This document shows positions 50,430 to 64,000 of a stretch of DNA of 64,000 nucleotides, piece after piece (positions within the stretch are counted from its first letter, which is position 1; every line of letters starts with the position of its first letter). The translations under genes and the position numbers were made by a program. The stretch comes from Octopus sinensis. Its lineage: Eukaryota. The stretch lies in assembly GCF_006345805.1 (NCBI RefSeq), contig NC_043012.1:34410001-34474000 (forward strand), in the 5' to 3' direction. The notes beneath the pieces were generated by a model that searched no databases, had not been told where the DNA came from, and saw only the letters and a list, made by a program, of their open reading frames with translations.

Positions 50430-52489
50430 GCTAATCTGAATTAGTGAACAGAATTACCATTCACGCTTCTGTCAGATTACTTAGAAGAGTCACTGGTTGA
50501 AATTTCTCCCAACAATTTCTTTTAATTATATATTGACAGATTGGCAAATTTTGCTTAATCTTCTCTCATTATATACATAACGAGAATTTTGTTGCATTTT
50601 ACTATATGTATGCATACACGCACGCGCGTACAAACAAGAACACACTTATATATATATGCTTTCTCCCCCCTCTCTCTCTCTCACCTACACACACATACAC
50701 AGAGACACACATATATATACATAAATACATATAGATACCAATGTATATATAAATATATATCCATAAATGTCTACGTGCATATACATAAATACATATATCC
50801 CTACGCACACACATGTACGTGTTTACACAAACACACGCACATACGCACATATATATGCATACATACATAAATACGTGTGTGTGTGTATGTGTGTGTGTGT
50901 GTGCATGTGTAGGTGTGCATGTGTGTGAGCGTGTGTACGAATATGTTGAATATCATCCATTGCAAAGCCATTTGCAATTTAATCTTTAAGAACTGGAAGC
51001 AGAAATTAGCGTTGTTATCAGAAATTGTTGGAATATGAATTAAATATCAAAGAAAAGGTGATATAAAAGTAGATATTTGCTGCTTTTAAAAAAAAACAAA
51101 AAAAAAAAATCCTTTGAAGGGGAAAAGGAGGAAAGGCAGAGCTCCCATTTTCCCTTTACAAGGTCTCTGAGACTGGTGGAGGCGAGGAAGCGGAGACCCG
51201 ATCCGAATGCTTGCAAATAAAGAGGACTCAGTTAAAAAGCATCCAATGCGCCATGTGGAAATATTGAGTGTCGCAAGAAATCGTGAGTTTCAGTGAATCA
51301 AGAAGCTGAATTTAAATCTTACATTTCTCATGGTGGGCGTGCTACGAGTGTTAATGTGTAAGCAAACTCGTAGGCAGTTTTCACCTACCATTATTTCGTA
51401 GATGAAAAATAAAAGCAAATACTAGAAAATAAAATTCCTAAACTATAAATACGCCTCTCATACTGAATTTTTGTTCGTTTTTTTCCTTTGCTTAATTTTT
51501 CTCTTGTAACTTGTCACGTTTTTCAGTTCTATAAAATAATAAAATAAAAATGATGAATAACGATCTTAATCATTCGACTTCTTTTATTTCACGATCGTCA
51601 GCTAAGCACAATCTTCGTATGTCTATTGTCTACTTCATGGAGATATAAGTCCTTTAGCATTCAATCTTATTTAAAATATAAAAAAAAAAATGAAAGGTAA
51701 AGAATGAAATGATATTTAAGAGATAAAACTTCTTAAACCGGGTCTGTTAGATCTTTATTAATCCATTACTCGTAACTGTACTTTCTTCGATGTATCGAGT
51801 GCAAAGTATTTTCTGTTTTAGTCGTCCATAAACAAATTACTTTTCTGCTGGCCAAAAGGCCATGGTATTAAACGGAAATTATAATAAATTGGGACAAATA
51901 AATGTTTAAATACATACAAAGCTCGGCAGTTGATATTATTGCTTGGGTTGGCCGAGTGGTGATAAAATGTGCTTCATACAATTTTAGCTAGGCAAGTATT
52001 TCCCTGATTTATTCCTGACGTAATGGGGTTTAATTGTGCATTGTGCACTGCTACTGTCTGTGGATACAAAAGCAGAGAAAAAGATTAACGTCAGAAACTA
52101 AATTCGAAATGTTATAGAAATTCAACGATACATAACGAGCTGTAGCTATTGGAAGAACTCTCGGGTCTACAAGTAACAAATATTCAAGCGTTTCGCAGTA
52201 ATGTTGAAAAAAATCCAAGCTTGTGCTCAAAGTGTAACTCATTCAACTGCTATAGACTAAGTGAGAATAGGACAAGTACAATAGAATTAAACATATGAAT
52301 GAAAAACATGCATCGGTGTAACTCTTCCTGTTCATCACTCGCCAGGCGAAGAGAAAATACTTGTAGACTAATAGATGTAAGTGTTTCCACCGATGAAAAT
52401 ATATCTATAAAGGAATTTGACAAATTAAGTAAATAGTTAATTAGGTAATAAGTAAATAATTAAGTAAATAAGGACATAATGTGGCATCT

Positions 52490-52870
52490 TAAAGCGAGAA
52501 CTGTTCTTGCTAATGTGAGTGTCCTAGCTATGATAAGAAAGGGATGTCAGAAACATCTAGATAATATCCCAGGAGATCCATGACTCAGAGAAATCCAGAG
52601 ATTGTGCTGATAAGTACTGCCCACATCCTTAGAAAAACCGTACAAATTTAAATGCATGTGTTGTATTCCATGAAGATATTTCGCTACTGCTCCTGCCCCT
52701 GCCCCTGCCCCTTGCCCTCCTCAAGCTTTCAATTATACTGTAACATCTCTTATCCTTCACCCGTCCTAGGACGCTAGGTGTGTCTCGGTGAGTGATTGTA
52801 ACAAACATGCAGATTAAAAATAACAACAACAACAACAACAACAACAACAATAATAATAATAATAATAAAT
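52490..52870 (+). mobile_element. 3' end of an RLE-type LINE with an (AAC)n(AAT)n tail
   Basis: VLAMIRKGCQKHLDNIPGDP*LREIQ and STAHILRKT resemble the IGALGMIKKG..HL..IPG...L.EIQK..L.STAHILRK C-terminus. Confidence 0.7.
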
Positions 52871-54235
52871 GGAGATAAGAATGTTTGAAGGGGTTATCCT
52901 ATCTCCTATGTTTATTGCAATCTCACTGATCCTCTTTGAATTATTCCTGAACAAAACTAACGGACGATACTCACTGAAAATGAACAGGAAATTTCCTGTT
53001 TATGGTTTTTTTTAAAACCTTAAAAAAAGACAAGAATTCAATCGAGAATGTGCTAAGATGGAGTTGAAATGGAAGAAAATTCAAAAAAGTACAGAAAGAT
53101 ATCTACCTGATGGGGAAACCAAAAAAAATCATGAAATATTGAAGAATACTGGAAAGGCATAAGATCAAAAGGATAAAAACGGAAACGTTCTTAGTAAAGA
53201 ATACTTTTGCAGAATGGATATTTTAAAATATAAATTTAATGCAGGAAATATCATACAAGGGATCAACTTGAGGGAAAATCGCTAATAAGGCAGGGAGCAG
53301 GAATTTTTGAGTGGGAGAAGGGTGAGGTAAAATATATCAACAGAAAGAAGAAGTATCTTACAATGAAAAGAGGGATATGGACAGATTATACTGGAAAAGA
53401 GCAGCAGAAGTAGGAGGAGGATACATATTACGGAAGTAATATGTAAAGGACTGTTTACAAAATGTAAGTTTCATCAAAAGAAGAAAGTAAAAATATGTCC
53501 AAAAACAGTAAATCAAACATGGACGAAGATAAGCTTTATTCAGTGTCTTTTAAAAGGACAAGAGATAAGAGATGATAAGTAGAAACCGGTTTTGGCTAAA
53601 GAAAGAAGTATTAAAGGAAGAGACAGGAGCAGGTGATTTTAGTGGTACAGGAGCAGGTCTTAAGGGCGAATTGGGTCAAGGGAATGATAGCAGGATTCTT
53701 TACTAAATGCAGAATGCACAATGACTCGGTGCAAGGCTTCAGTTAACATCGAATCAGAATGTTCACAGTTAACTCAAAGTTAAGACAGAATTTACTGTCA
53801 GATTGCTGCAATATTTCTCTGCAAGGTATTTAGCCTTGCATGCGCAGAAAAGAACTATGGCCACTTTGTGGAATTCGAAGAAAGAAATTTGTATGAAATT
53901 GTTATGAGACTTTTAATAGAAACCAAATGGAGTGTAGAACACAATAAGCCAGATAATACAGTCGTTGATACGAAGAAGAAATTAAGTATTGTAATTGATG
54001 TGATTTGGTCGTTTGGTACGGGAGTCAAGATAAAGGAAAAGGAAAAGTTGAGTGTTTTACCGACACGATGTATGAGTTTCTCAATTGCTGGAGCAAAGAA
54101 ATTTACAAGGTCATGATCTTGTTTAATTATTATTAGAGCTTTGGCAACTACGACAAAAATTGGAAACGGAGACCATAATCTAGTAGAGGGTCTCTCAGTA
54201 ACAATTACCCGGTAAGTCATTGATACAAAGGACAG
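52871..54235 (+). mobile_element. Decayed R4/Dong-like RLE LINE fragment (RT end, Zn knuckle, RLE)
   Basis: KEYFCRM..KFNAGNIIQGIN, GAGIFEW, DMDRLYWKR..GGG, IESECSQL, EHNKPDNTVVDTKKKLSIVIDV, IIIRALAT. Confidence 0.8.
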
Positions 54236-54819
54236 CAGAAAAAGAGCTTTTATAGAGAAAATGAAAAAGTGTTTTGATATGAGACCACGAGTTTAGGATC
54301 GATGTGAAGTAAAATGAAACCGGTTACAGCTCCAATACTATGTAATAACAACAACAGTAGCAACATCAAAATTGTAGTATTAATAGAAATAGTAATAACA
54401 ATGACAATAATAATAGTAGTAGTATTATTAGTAGTAGATTTTTTGTTTAGGATTTTGACATCATCTGTGAATCCTTATCACTTGACGACCATTTTGTGTC
54501 GTCGCTTGGCAGCCAATTACAGCCCAACAAACTACGAGTGTTTATGATGATAATACATTAGAAAAAAAGAAAAGTAAAACAATTACAGCATATTTTCGCA
54601 CGAAAGAAATAACTGGCATTTTTTGAAGGGAGTTCTTTCCGCTATTCTTTATTGTATGAGTTGAAACTAGTTTCTTTTTGTTAGAATGGAAATATTGACA
54701 GTTTTCCATATATCGACACGGCACTAAGAAAATTATCTTTATTATCTCTTGTATATAAAACTTAAAGCTATAATTACATTTTAAACTTTTTGAATTCAAT
54801 TTTTCAGATCCTCTCACAC

Positions 54820-54980
54820 ATACACATATATATTTGTGCGTGTACATATATAATTATACATGTGTATATAATAATATATATTCACATATGTATATATATA
54901 TATATATATTTGTATGTATATATATATATATATATATAATATATATTTGTATATATATATTATATATATATATATATATT

Positions 54981-55050
<70 letters not shown>

Positions 55051-55063
55051 TTGTATGTATATA

Positions 55064-55114
<51 letters not shown>

Positions 55115-55587
55115 CACACATATATCTATTTATTTATACACATATATATGTATTTACACATATGTGTAAGTGTGAGAAAAAACAGTCTTCTTCGATGGTA
55201 GTCCTCATAAACTATGTTATTAATTATTATTAGTTCAGGTGTTCAAAAATCACTATTCAGAGGCATTCGTGGATGAAACGGAAGTAATTGTACCGATATA
55301 TATTTTTCTCAACGACTTAAGTGCATATTTAACTCAAACTTACGACACTGGAAAGTTCATTGATTTTTGTACTGCACGGCGATAGAAGCCACACACTATC
55401 ACCACACATTGCAACGCACCTACAGACGCACTCGCACGCACACACACACATACATACACATACACACGCATACACAAGCACACGCACTAACACACAAACA
55501 CACGAGCACCTACGCCGTACATGAACGAATGATATATATATGTAGAATATGTGTGTTCATATAAGTTTACGTATATATATATATATT

Positions 55588-55618
<31 letters not shown>

Positions 55619-55625
55619 ATAATAT

Positions 55626-55679
<54 letters not shown>

Positions 55680-55699
55680 TATACATATATACATACATG

Positions 55700-55746
<47 letters not shown>

Positions 55747-55804
55747 TTTCATATACATATGTGTATGTATGTGTGTGTATACATACATACATACATATAT
55801 ATAT

Positions 55805-55898
<94 letters not shown>

Positions 55899-56192
55899 TG
55901 TGTGCATAGGTATATAAAAACGTATGTATATATGTGTGACTATATATATGTACACATATATAAACATGCATGTGTGTATGTGTATGTGTCTGCAATATGT
56001 GGAACGCGAGAGTGTGATATAGAATTTCATAGGTGACGTCTTTACGGAGTTAATTCTGTTTCGATCCGAGGTAATGTTGCTCACATGTTGAATGTCTGTA
56101 TGTGTGTATGTATACGTTCAAGCATGTAGGTATGTGTGCATCTTTGTATATATGCATGTATGTATGAAAGCAAGTGTATATATGTTCGAATC

Positions 56193-56270
<78 letters not shown>

Positions 56271-56514
56271 TGTGTGTGTGTGTGTATCTGTATGTGTATA
56301 TATATATATATATGTATGCAAAATATTTATTTATGTATATACATACATAGACACATATATGTATACACATGTATATATGTATGTATAGATATGTATATAT
56401 ATGTGTACGTATATGTTTCTGTGTCTATACGGATATATATATATACATATGTGTGTGTGTATATATATATGTATATGTATATATACACATTTAACAATAC
56501 ATATACATGTATAT

Positions 56515-56562
<48 letters not shown>

Positions 56563-56603
56563 TGTATGTATATATGAATACGTAAGGGTATATACAGAAA
56601 CAT

Positions 56604-56634
<31 letters not shown>

Positions 56635-56760
56635 CATATATACACCCAAACACATTCGCGTGTGGCGAGTATGTGTTTATATATACATATATATATATGT
56701 GCACACAAACACACGCACTCACAATCACACACAGACGCACACACATACAAACCTATACGC
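54820..56760. repeat. TA/CA/TG compound microsatellite fields
   Basis: Directly visible; unique spacer at ~55170-55400. Confidence 0.85.
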
Positions 56761-57327
56761 GAACAACATATGTTCGCACGTGCGTCAGAAAGTAATCTCG
56801 CTTTGATATTTATTTAAGTCACAGAACAAGTGTATAGTATCTAGACACGCCACTCAACCGCTAAGTCAAATATAGATTGAGACACTCCAAAGAACCATCG
56901 AAGTAAATTTCACATTTCTAGGCCTTTTGACTGGCTATAAATATGCCAATGAGTAGAACTTGAGAATAATAATTCCAGTAAGCAAATAATCCACATTTTT
57001 CGCATAATACTGATGTCAAAGAATCCGGAGTTTTAAAGCTTTAAATAGTTTTCAATATCCAAACATTACACTTTAGAAGCTTTGTCAAGTTTCTGTTTAT
57101 AGGTGATATATCTTTCAGAAGAGACCCGCAACGTTTGGATTTCACACTTTGAACACACAAAAAAGATAATAATTTATCTTTGATAACAATATCAAACAAG
57201 CTTTGTATAGTTTCTGTATTTGTTTCTGTTTGGAAAAAAAATAGTACAAGCCTTATTAATAAATGAAAGGAGAAAATGGAATACAAATGGATAGAGCTAG
57301 GAAGAAGGAAGAAAAAAATTCAGAAAA

Positions 57328-57752
57328 GGTCATCATCATCATCTTCTTCTTCTTCTTCTTCTTCTTCTTCCTCTCCTCCTCCTCCTTTTCCTCCTTTTCC
57401 TCCTCCTCCTCCTCTCCTTCTTCTCCTTCCTCCTCCTCCTTCTTCTTCTTCCTCATCTCCTCCCACTCCTCCTCCTCCTCCTCCTCCTCTCCTTCTTCTC
57501 CTTCTTCCTCCTCCTCCTCCTCTCCTCCACCTTCCCCTCCTCCTCCTCCTCCCACCCTCCTCTTCTTTTTCCTCTTCTTCTTCTTCTTCTCCTCCTCTTC
57601 CTCCTCCTTCTTCCTCTCCTTCTTCTTCTTCCTCCTCTTCCTCTTCCTCCTCCTGCTCCTCCTCCTCTTCTTCTTCTTCTTCTTCTTCTTCTCCTTCTTT
57701 TTCTTCTTCTTCTTCCTCCTCCTCCTCCTCGTCACCATCATCATCATCATCA
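57328..57752. repeat. (TTC)n/(TCC)n/(ATC)n polypyrimidine trinucleotide tract
   Basis: Directly visible. Confidence 0.95.
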
Positions 57753-57839
57753 TGAACTAAAAAAGTATTTTCGAAGTAGTACGAGTAGTTCCATCATCCG
57801 ACTCTTTCCATAAATTTCTAGACTTCTATTTATGTTTGA

Positions 57840-58030
57840 AATGTCGGACAAAATGTTTCGAGTCCTATTTTCGTTTCCTAAGCCCTCCGTTTAGTTTCCG
57901 CCGAGGTCGACTTTGCCTTTCATCATTTGGAGGTCGATAAAATAAATACCAGTTGATAACTAGGGTCGATCGAAACCGACTTAGACCCTCCCCAAACATG
58001 CTGGTTTTGTACCAAAATTTGAAACAATTG
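57840..58030 (+). mobile_element. Diverged SINE (9081-type family)
   Basis: CCGCCGAGGTCGACTTTGCCTTTCATCATTTGGAGGTCGATAAAATAAATACCAGTT. Confidence 0.78.
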
Positions 58031-58044
58031 TTATTATTTTATCA

Positions 58045-58345
58045 TTTTTGCATATCTTCTAACGCTGAAATGTACTACGGTGTCAGCTGTTCACTACCAG
58101 TAAATTAAGGTAACACCCCTTGTTTTTCGAGCACCATCTGGAGTATTCGAGCGGTTCCAAGCAGTGCTGTTTCCTGCAAGTGCTTCACCCTTAGTGCAGC
58201 CCCTATTTATTCCATGTACTTCTCAAGATTATTACTCACTGTTCCCAGGGCTCCGACAATTATTCGTACTACTACCACCTTTTTCATCGACCACAACTGC
58301 TTAACTTCCCAAGCTAACCTGTTATATCTATCGACTTTTCTTTGT
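58045..58345 (-). mobile_element. 3' end of an R4/Dong-like RLE LINE
   Basis: KVDRYNRLAWEVKQLWSMKKVVVVRIIVGALGTVSNNLEKYME*IG..LQETALLGTARILQMVLE. Confidence 0.88.
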
Positions 58346-59935
58346 AGTGGTAAAGGAACGAGGTGCAATATGCCACATATGTGATGCAACCAACCATGTA
58401 AGGGCTTTCTGCCCGCAACAAAGGGTATATGAAAGAAGTCCCTCCCTGCCATTGCTGCCAACTCTAACAACCACCAAAACAATAACAAAGGAAATTGCTG
58501 CAACTGTAACAGAAGCAACGGACTAAACACATCTTAATATGGTTGTGTTGCAAACTTTTATAAGTTATGAGGCAAATTAAACAAAGACATTGTGTCAACG
58601 AACATTGTAGAATATCTCCCATAAAAATGCAATTATTTATAAATTAAGCATAACAGCTAAGACATAACGTTTTAGAGAGGAAATATATAAATGCGTAAAA
58701 GCAAACTGGAGAATTTTATCCCCATTAACTTATGGCAATAATATTTATACTGAAATACAGTTTAAGGTCATTGCTTGATATATTTTGAGGTGCCAAAGGA
58801 ATGTCAGAATTGAATTAACGCCACACAATTCAATCAACAAGGCACAGTTTTCTAATTACTTAAACAAAGAATACATCTGCGTTTTTCAGGCATACATCTC
58901 CTTGTCTCTATGTCCAAACTAGAGTAAATAGCGAGGCGACCGTAGTCTGTCGTATGAAAGAATTGACTAAACATTTGTTAGTGAGCCCATTCTCTCTAAT
59001 CGTGGAAAATGGCGCTTTATGAGGAGATAATAACTAAAAAGCTAACAACACTACTGCTGCGGGTATGGTAGATATAAACAGATGTAAACAGAAAGAAAAC
59101 AAGGAGAAGAAAGCAGAGCGAATGAAAGAAAGGATAGAAGTGATATAAATGGAATAAATTACAAGCCAATGATTAGAAAAGATTGCAATAGCGTCATATC
59201 TTCTGCTGTGATGACAATTGCGAAGCATAAACTGTCATATAGGTTTTACATCTGACATAATAAACCAATCAATTTGTGTATTTTATTTGCACAAAATTTA
59301 TTGCTGTTGACAAGTCCATCATCTCGAGCAATAGTGCAGGACAGAAAATTGTTATAAATTGTTACAAATCGAGAAAAATGTATGGAGACAGATGTTGAGA
59401 GAGAGAGAGAGAGGTTCATTTGAAATTTTTTTTTTACCGCAGCAGAGAACTGGTACATATCTTACCAATTCTGGAGGGAAATTCGAAGATAAATTATAAA
59501 AAATAAAAAAAATGGTAAGAACAATTATTGAAGACTTGTTCTTTATGAGTTGTTTTTAGCACTAGGTTAGTCCTGATCAGATGGATCTATCAAGAAAGTA
59601 GTTCCAGCCGTGACGTGTCTTTTTAAAAGGCAATATGACAAATTTGGCTGCTAGCTTTCATTGGCTCTTTCATCCCACAATGTTGCTTAGAACAGACTCT
59701 GACCAAACGTGGTCCAGCCCTGACCATAACTTCTTTTTATTTGTTTGAGGATACATTGTCCAGTGTCCTTTTACTTTTACGATGGTATAGAGGATTTTGG
59801 AGGACATTTTGTTGCTTTTTCTAGCATATAAGCCATTCACATAAAAGCGCTGCCGTTGACTCAAGATTTGGCTGTTATTTATAGTAGGTCAAGCAACGAG
59901 CTGTCTTGTTGGTTATGATAATGATATTTAGCAAG

Positions 59936-60135
59936 AGCAGGCGTGGCTGTGTGGTAAGAGGTTTGCTTCTCAACCACATGGTTCCAAGTTCAGTCCCACA
60001 CAGTGACACTGAACTCGGAACTATGTGGTAGTATAGTAAAAGAGGTATGTTGTATAGTGCTTTCTACTACAGCACCGGCTCGAATAGAGCCTTGTGAGTG
60101 GATTTGGTTGACGGAAGTTGAAAGACCATCGTAGA
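59936..60135 (+). mobile_element. 5' half of a CORE-type SINE with an internal fold-back
   Basis: Head GGCGTGGCTGTGTGGTAAG; 59973-59994 is inverted at 60008-60029. Confidence 0.78.
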
Positions 60136-60616
60136 CACACACACAAACACACAATTTTTAATTTTAATTTTTAATGGCTCTAAAGCATTCATTGTCCCCT
60201 TCTATCTCTTCACTTTTTATCCACTGAACTAAGAAAAAAGAAGAAAAAAATCGATCGTATATAATTTCTAAATGTTTTAAAAGAAAATAGACCGTCTACT
60301 TTCATGATCCCAAGTTGCGTTCTATTGATAAGCTCCAATGAGAGCGAAATAACGTTATCTACAGCTACTAGGACATTCAAAACGAGAGAATAAATATGAA
60401 TTACACGGAAATATTCTTTCATATGATCTCTCACTCATACGGAAAAGACATCGCATAATAATAAAGCCCCTTTACCAAAATAAAACCCCTGCCCCGAACG
60501 GTTTTCTCCTCTTAAGGGAAATTTCTCTCTTCCTTCTGTTTCGAAGCAAACTCTCTTACTCCGTCTGTTACTCTGAAAAGAACCATAGGTGGAAACAGTG
60601 ACAGTCGCCAGACAAA

Positions 60617-60698
<82 letters not shown>

Positions 60699-62224
60699 TG
60701 ACTGAAACAAGTAAGATATAAAAGATAGAAAATAACGTCAGTGTTAAGGAGGGGATTTGATTGATTTAATAAATTCGGATACTTGATTGCTATTTTTTTT
60801 TATTGATCTCAAATCCGCAGCGTAATTTGAAGCTTAGAATGTCAAGGGATGTTGCTTAATAATACTAGACAATTTGCCTGTTATAAAGATAAATATATTC
60901 CACAGATATTCCCTGATACATCTCTAAACACTTTAAATACTGAATGGTAAATAACCCCCAACCCCAAACAAACAAAATGAACAAACATTCCACTTTTTAT
61001 AAAGTAACCTGTTCATATTTTCCCATAAATCTGTATTTAATTTTCATAATGTTGTTTTATTTAGATTTTAATTTTACCTTCTATTTTATTGCATATTAAA
61101 ACTGTAACATTCGAACACACGAACATCTTCATCATCAGAAGAAAATTATAGATGTTTCTGCATAAGTATGACGCATCACATTTAAGGAGGCTCAACAGTG
61201 TGACAGGCCTTTGCTAATAGATTTGACAACCATAATATTTCAGGGTTCACGGAGTCTTTAATTTAAAAACTGGACAAGGTGATGATTTCTTTTAACAATA
61301 GCACAGGGAGAAAAATATATGAGGAAGGACGCAGGCAGCTTAAATGTTGTACAATACGCAAAGGGACGAATTAAAAATAAAATTCCTATTACATAAATAT
61401 TTACACAGAATAAAAAAATTTCTATAAAACTAATTAAAGTAAGATATATAAATATTAAATAGTCTACATTCCTGATTTAGCTTCTAAACGTGGGTAGAAT
61501 CACTTTCGCTCATTCCTTTTAATCAAAGACATCACGTATAGTATCATTTATTTTTCAATGAAAGTTATTTCTCTTAAAATATCCGGCAGAGCACTTTCCA
61601 GATTTTGCTTATATGGAATAAGAAAGCGTCATATGAATTTTGTAGCTGGCGACTGTCCTGAATGCGAGATGCAGCTAACTTTCAGCAAAATATTCAAAAT
61701 ATTCTAAATATTCTACAAATAAATATTCTTCTTCAGTTTTCTTTGAAAACACGTTTGCGATCGAAAGCTTTTCGTTATTCATGTTTATGCTCTAAGCGGT
61801 AAGTGCACCCATACTGCGTTTTCTTTTTTGCCTTTGATGCTATCGAGCATGTAGTTTACTGTGCTGAGTTTTTCTGTTGGGGTGTTATTTCAAAACCGTC
61901 GTTCATTTGCTTGTTTCTTCTCTTTTTTTTTTTTTTTTTACAATTTGCTTAGTGGTCGTTTTGTTTTCGTTACTGTAATGCTGTGGTGGGGGTCTGGGCA
62001 ACGGAAGAAGCAGCTTGTTCTTTAGTATTAGGCGTTTGAATAGTGACTTTGCTCTCTAACCTATTTCGACGGGTGGACCTTCGAAATATTCATTAAAAAT
62101 CATTCTGTGAAATAAAATTTAAAACGAGACTCCTTCAATTGTAAAACATCGAGAAATATCACAGCATAATTTTAACACACCAGACAGAAGTCCGCAGCAA
62201 ATAATAATGATGAAAATGGTGGTG

Positions 62225-62245
62225 ATAATAATGATGATGATGATG

Positions 62246-62294
<49 letters not shown>

Positions 62295-62305
62295 TGATAA
62301 TAATG

Positions 62306-62348
<43 letters not shown>

Positions 62349-62420
62349 TAATAATAATAATAATAATGATGATAATAATAATAATAATAGTAATAATTAT
62401 CATGATGATCATGATAATTA
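62225..62420. repeat. (ATA)n/(ATG)n trinucleotide repeat
   Basis: Directly visible. Confidence 0.95.
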
Positions 62421-63380
62421 TACTTAATATGTTTGATTTATCAAGGATTTAAAGCAAAATAAAAAATAACTTAGGTATCTGTTTTAAATTAACTATAAAA
62501 GGAAGGTTGTGAATAAAAGGAAATTTGTTAAAACTGAAAGAAAGATGTGAATAAAATAAATAAAACACACTTAAACATTCTGAAAATATTAATATAAAAT
62601 ATCACGAAAATGTATGTAAATTACTTTATTTGGAAACAAGAGAAAACAAACTCAGGGAATATTAGCAATTCAATGAATTTATATTCATTAGAAATATAAC
62701 AACCCACAAACAAAATTGCATTCCAGAATCATACAAACAGGGAAAAAGACACACAGACATACGCATGCATGTATAAATAAACATAAACACACATGCATGG
62801 CATACACAAACTCAAAGCAATCGTATCGTATTTAGAATATAAACATTATTACTTGATGGAGAAATTTATTCATGAACACACACACACACGCACGCACAAT
62901 TTTTTTAAAGTTCCATACCTGAGAACGATAATTGAAATACATTGAAATAAAATATTGAAGAAAAAAAAATTGACAATAGTTCTGATCCAAATATGAGATG
63001 TGAAAGCAACAGCAACGGCGACGTTAACAACAACAACAATAACAACAACATCGGTAAGAACAACAATGCCTTCCACATGAACAGTAAACATGATAAAAAC
63101 CCATGTTAATACATATTGTAAAAGAATAGACAATAAATCACTGTCAGATTGATGCCATTAAAAAATAAATAGACTGCAAAAGTAGTTGCTAACTAATAAA
63201 GTGAAATAATATTAGCATGAACGCTGGATGACCAGAATCAGTGACGACCGCCATCGTCAATCCGCTTCCCTGCTTCCACGCTTCCTTCCAAAATCTCAAC
63301 TTTCTTTTCCAACGTCTCTTCTCTCTTTTACTTTCGTTTCTATTTCTTCCATTCCTCCTCCTCCTCCTTCTCCTCCTCCT

Positions 63381-63800
63381 ACAGGGAAACCGACTTCCAT
63401 GCATTTGTAGATTGTCCGGAATTAAAGAGACTGATAGCTTTCACAGAACAACTGTTGGCATCGATGGGAAGAGTACAGCAATCAGCTGAGTCCATCATTG
63501 AGATTGTGCCGCCTCCTTCCCTTAGCGTGGAGAAGAAGGCCTGTTTTTCCTGCGTGGTAGCCGTATTGAAAAAAAAAACGGTATGGAAGACACGTGTGAA
63601 AGGAATGGTGACGGGTACCTTTGTATCCGGCCAGGGGTTGGTCAGCTTTTTTAGTTACCACCTCAATAGTAAGATCAGGCTGGAGAAGAGGTACCTGTCA
63701 CGAGAGAGATTCGGAAAAAGATGGAAGCTTGTAGTAAGAGAGCTGGGAATGATTGGCACCAAGTAAGTGGAGTTCCGGAAAAAAGCAAAGGTTCTAGCCT
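63381..63800 (+). mobile_element. C-terminal fragment of an L1/Tx1-type LINE ORF2
   Basis: Open frame ETDFHAFVDCPELKRL..GRVQQSAESIIEIVPPPSLSVEKKACF..VWKTRVKG..FFSYHLNSKIRLEKRYLS..FGKRW begins with the ETxxHxFxxCP half of the L1-type zinc knuckle. Confidence 0.68.
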
Positions 63801-64000
63801 GGTGGTTGGACGCCTTTCCTTCAGGCAGCACATTGTGTAAAACAATGTCTATCATTATTTTTATAAATTTTTAAAAAATGTTCATGATAATTTTAATTCA
63901 TTCATAAAAGCTACTTCACCAATTTTTATGTTTGTCTGTCCTTGTTTGTCCCCTCTCTGTAACGCCTTTGTGGCAAAGTTTTATGAAACAAAATAGCTTG

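Noticed and set aside
59660-59870. Possible L1/Tx1 fragment on the minus strand
   Set aside because: Only vague similarity (VWSESVLSN..KLAAKFVILP); not supportable.
63340-63385. Strong-looking splice acceptor (CCT)n-ACAG before a long open frame
   Set aside because: The pyrimidine tract is a microsatellite and the downstream frame is an L1/Tx1-type LINE fragment.

Overview
Repeat-dominated, AT-rich animal genomic DNA, most likely an octopus. That assignment is inferred from the tRNA-derived SINE families and the very dense microsatellites, not from a database search. I could not support any intact host protein-coding gene; nearly all listed ORFs are translations of microsatellites or fragments of decayed transposons. 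Recognisable elements: a Tigger/pogo-like remnant, two mariner and two maT (DD37D-type) remnants, a Penelope-like element (PLE) with a GIY-YIG domain, several LINE fragments (RLE-type R4/Dong-like, RTE, CR1/L2, L1/Tx1) and roughly 25 SINE copies. Two things stand out. (1) About a dozen hammerhead-ribozyme (HHR) motifs sit in short PLE-type elements. Four have complete catalytic cores (3508-3606 +, 21110-21190 -, 22549-22637 +, 30279-30366 -) with palindromic or near-palindromic helix III loops, and related copies show compensatory base changes. (2) SINE concatemers, including an 8-unit array at 27631-29280, are joined at the same point, the loop of an anticodon-arm-like hairpin, and the array has a LINE fragment inserted into it. 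All alignments and folds were done by eye, and coordinates of decayed elements are approximate.
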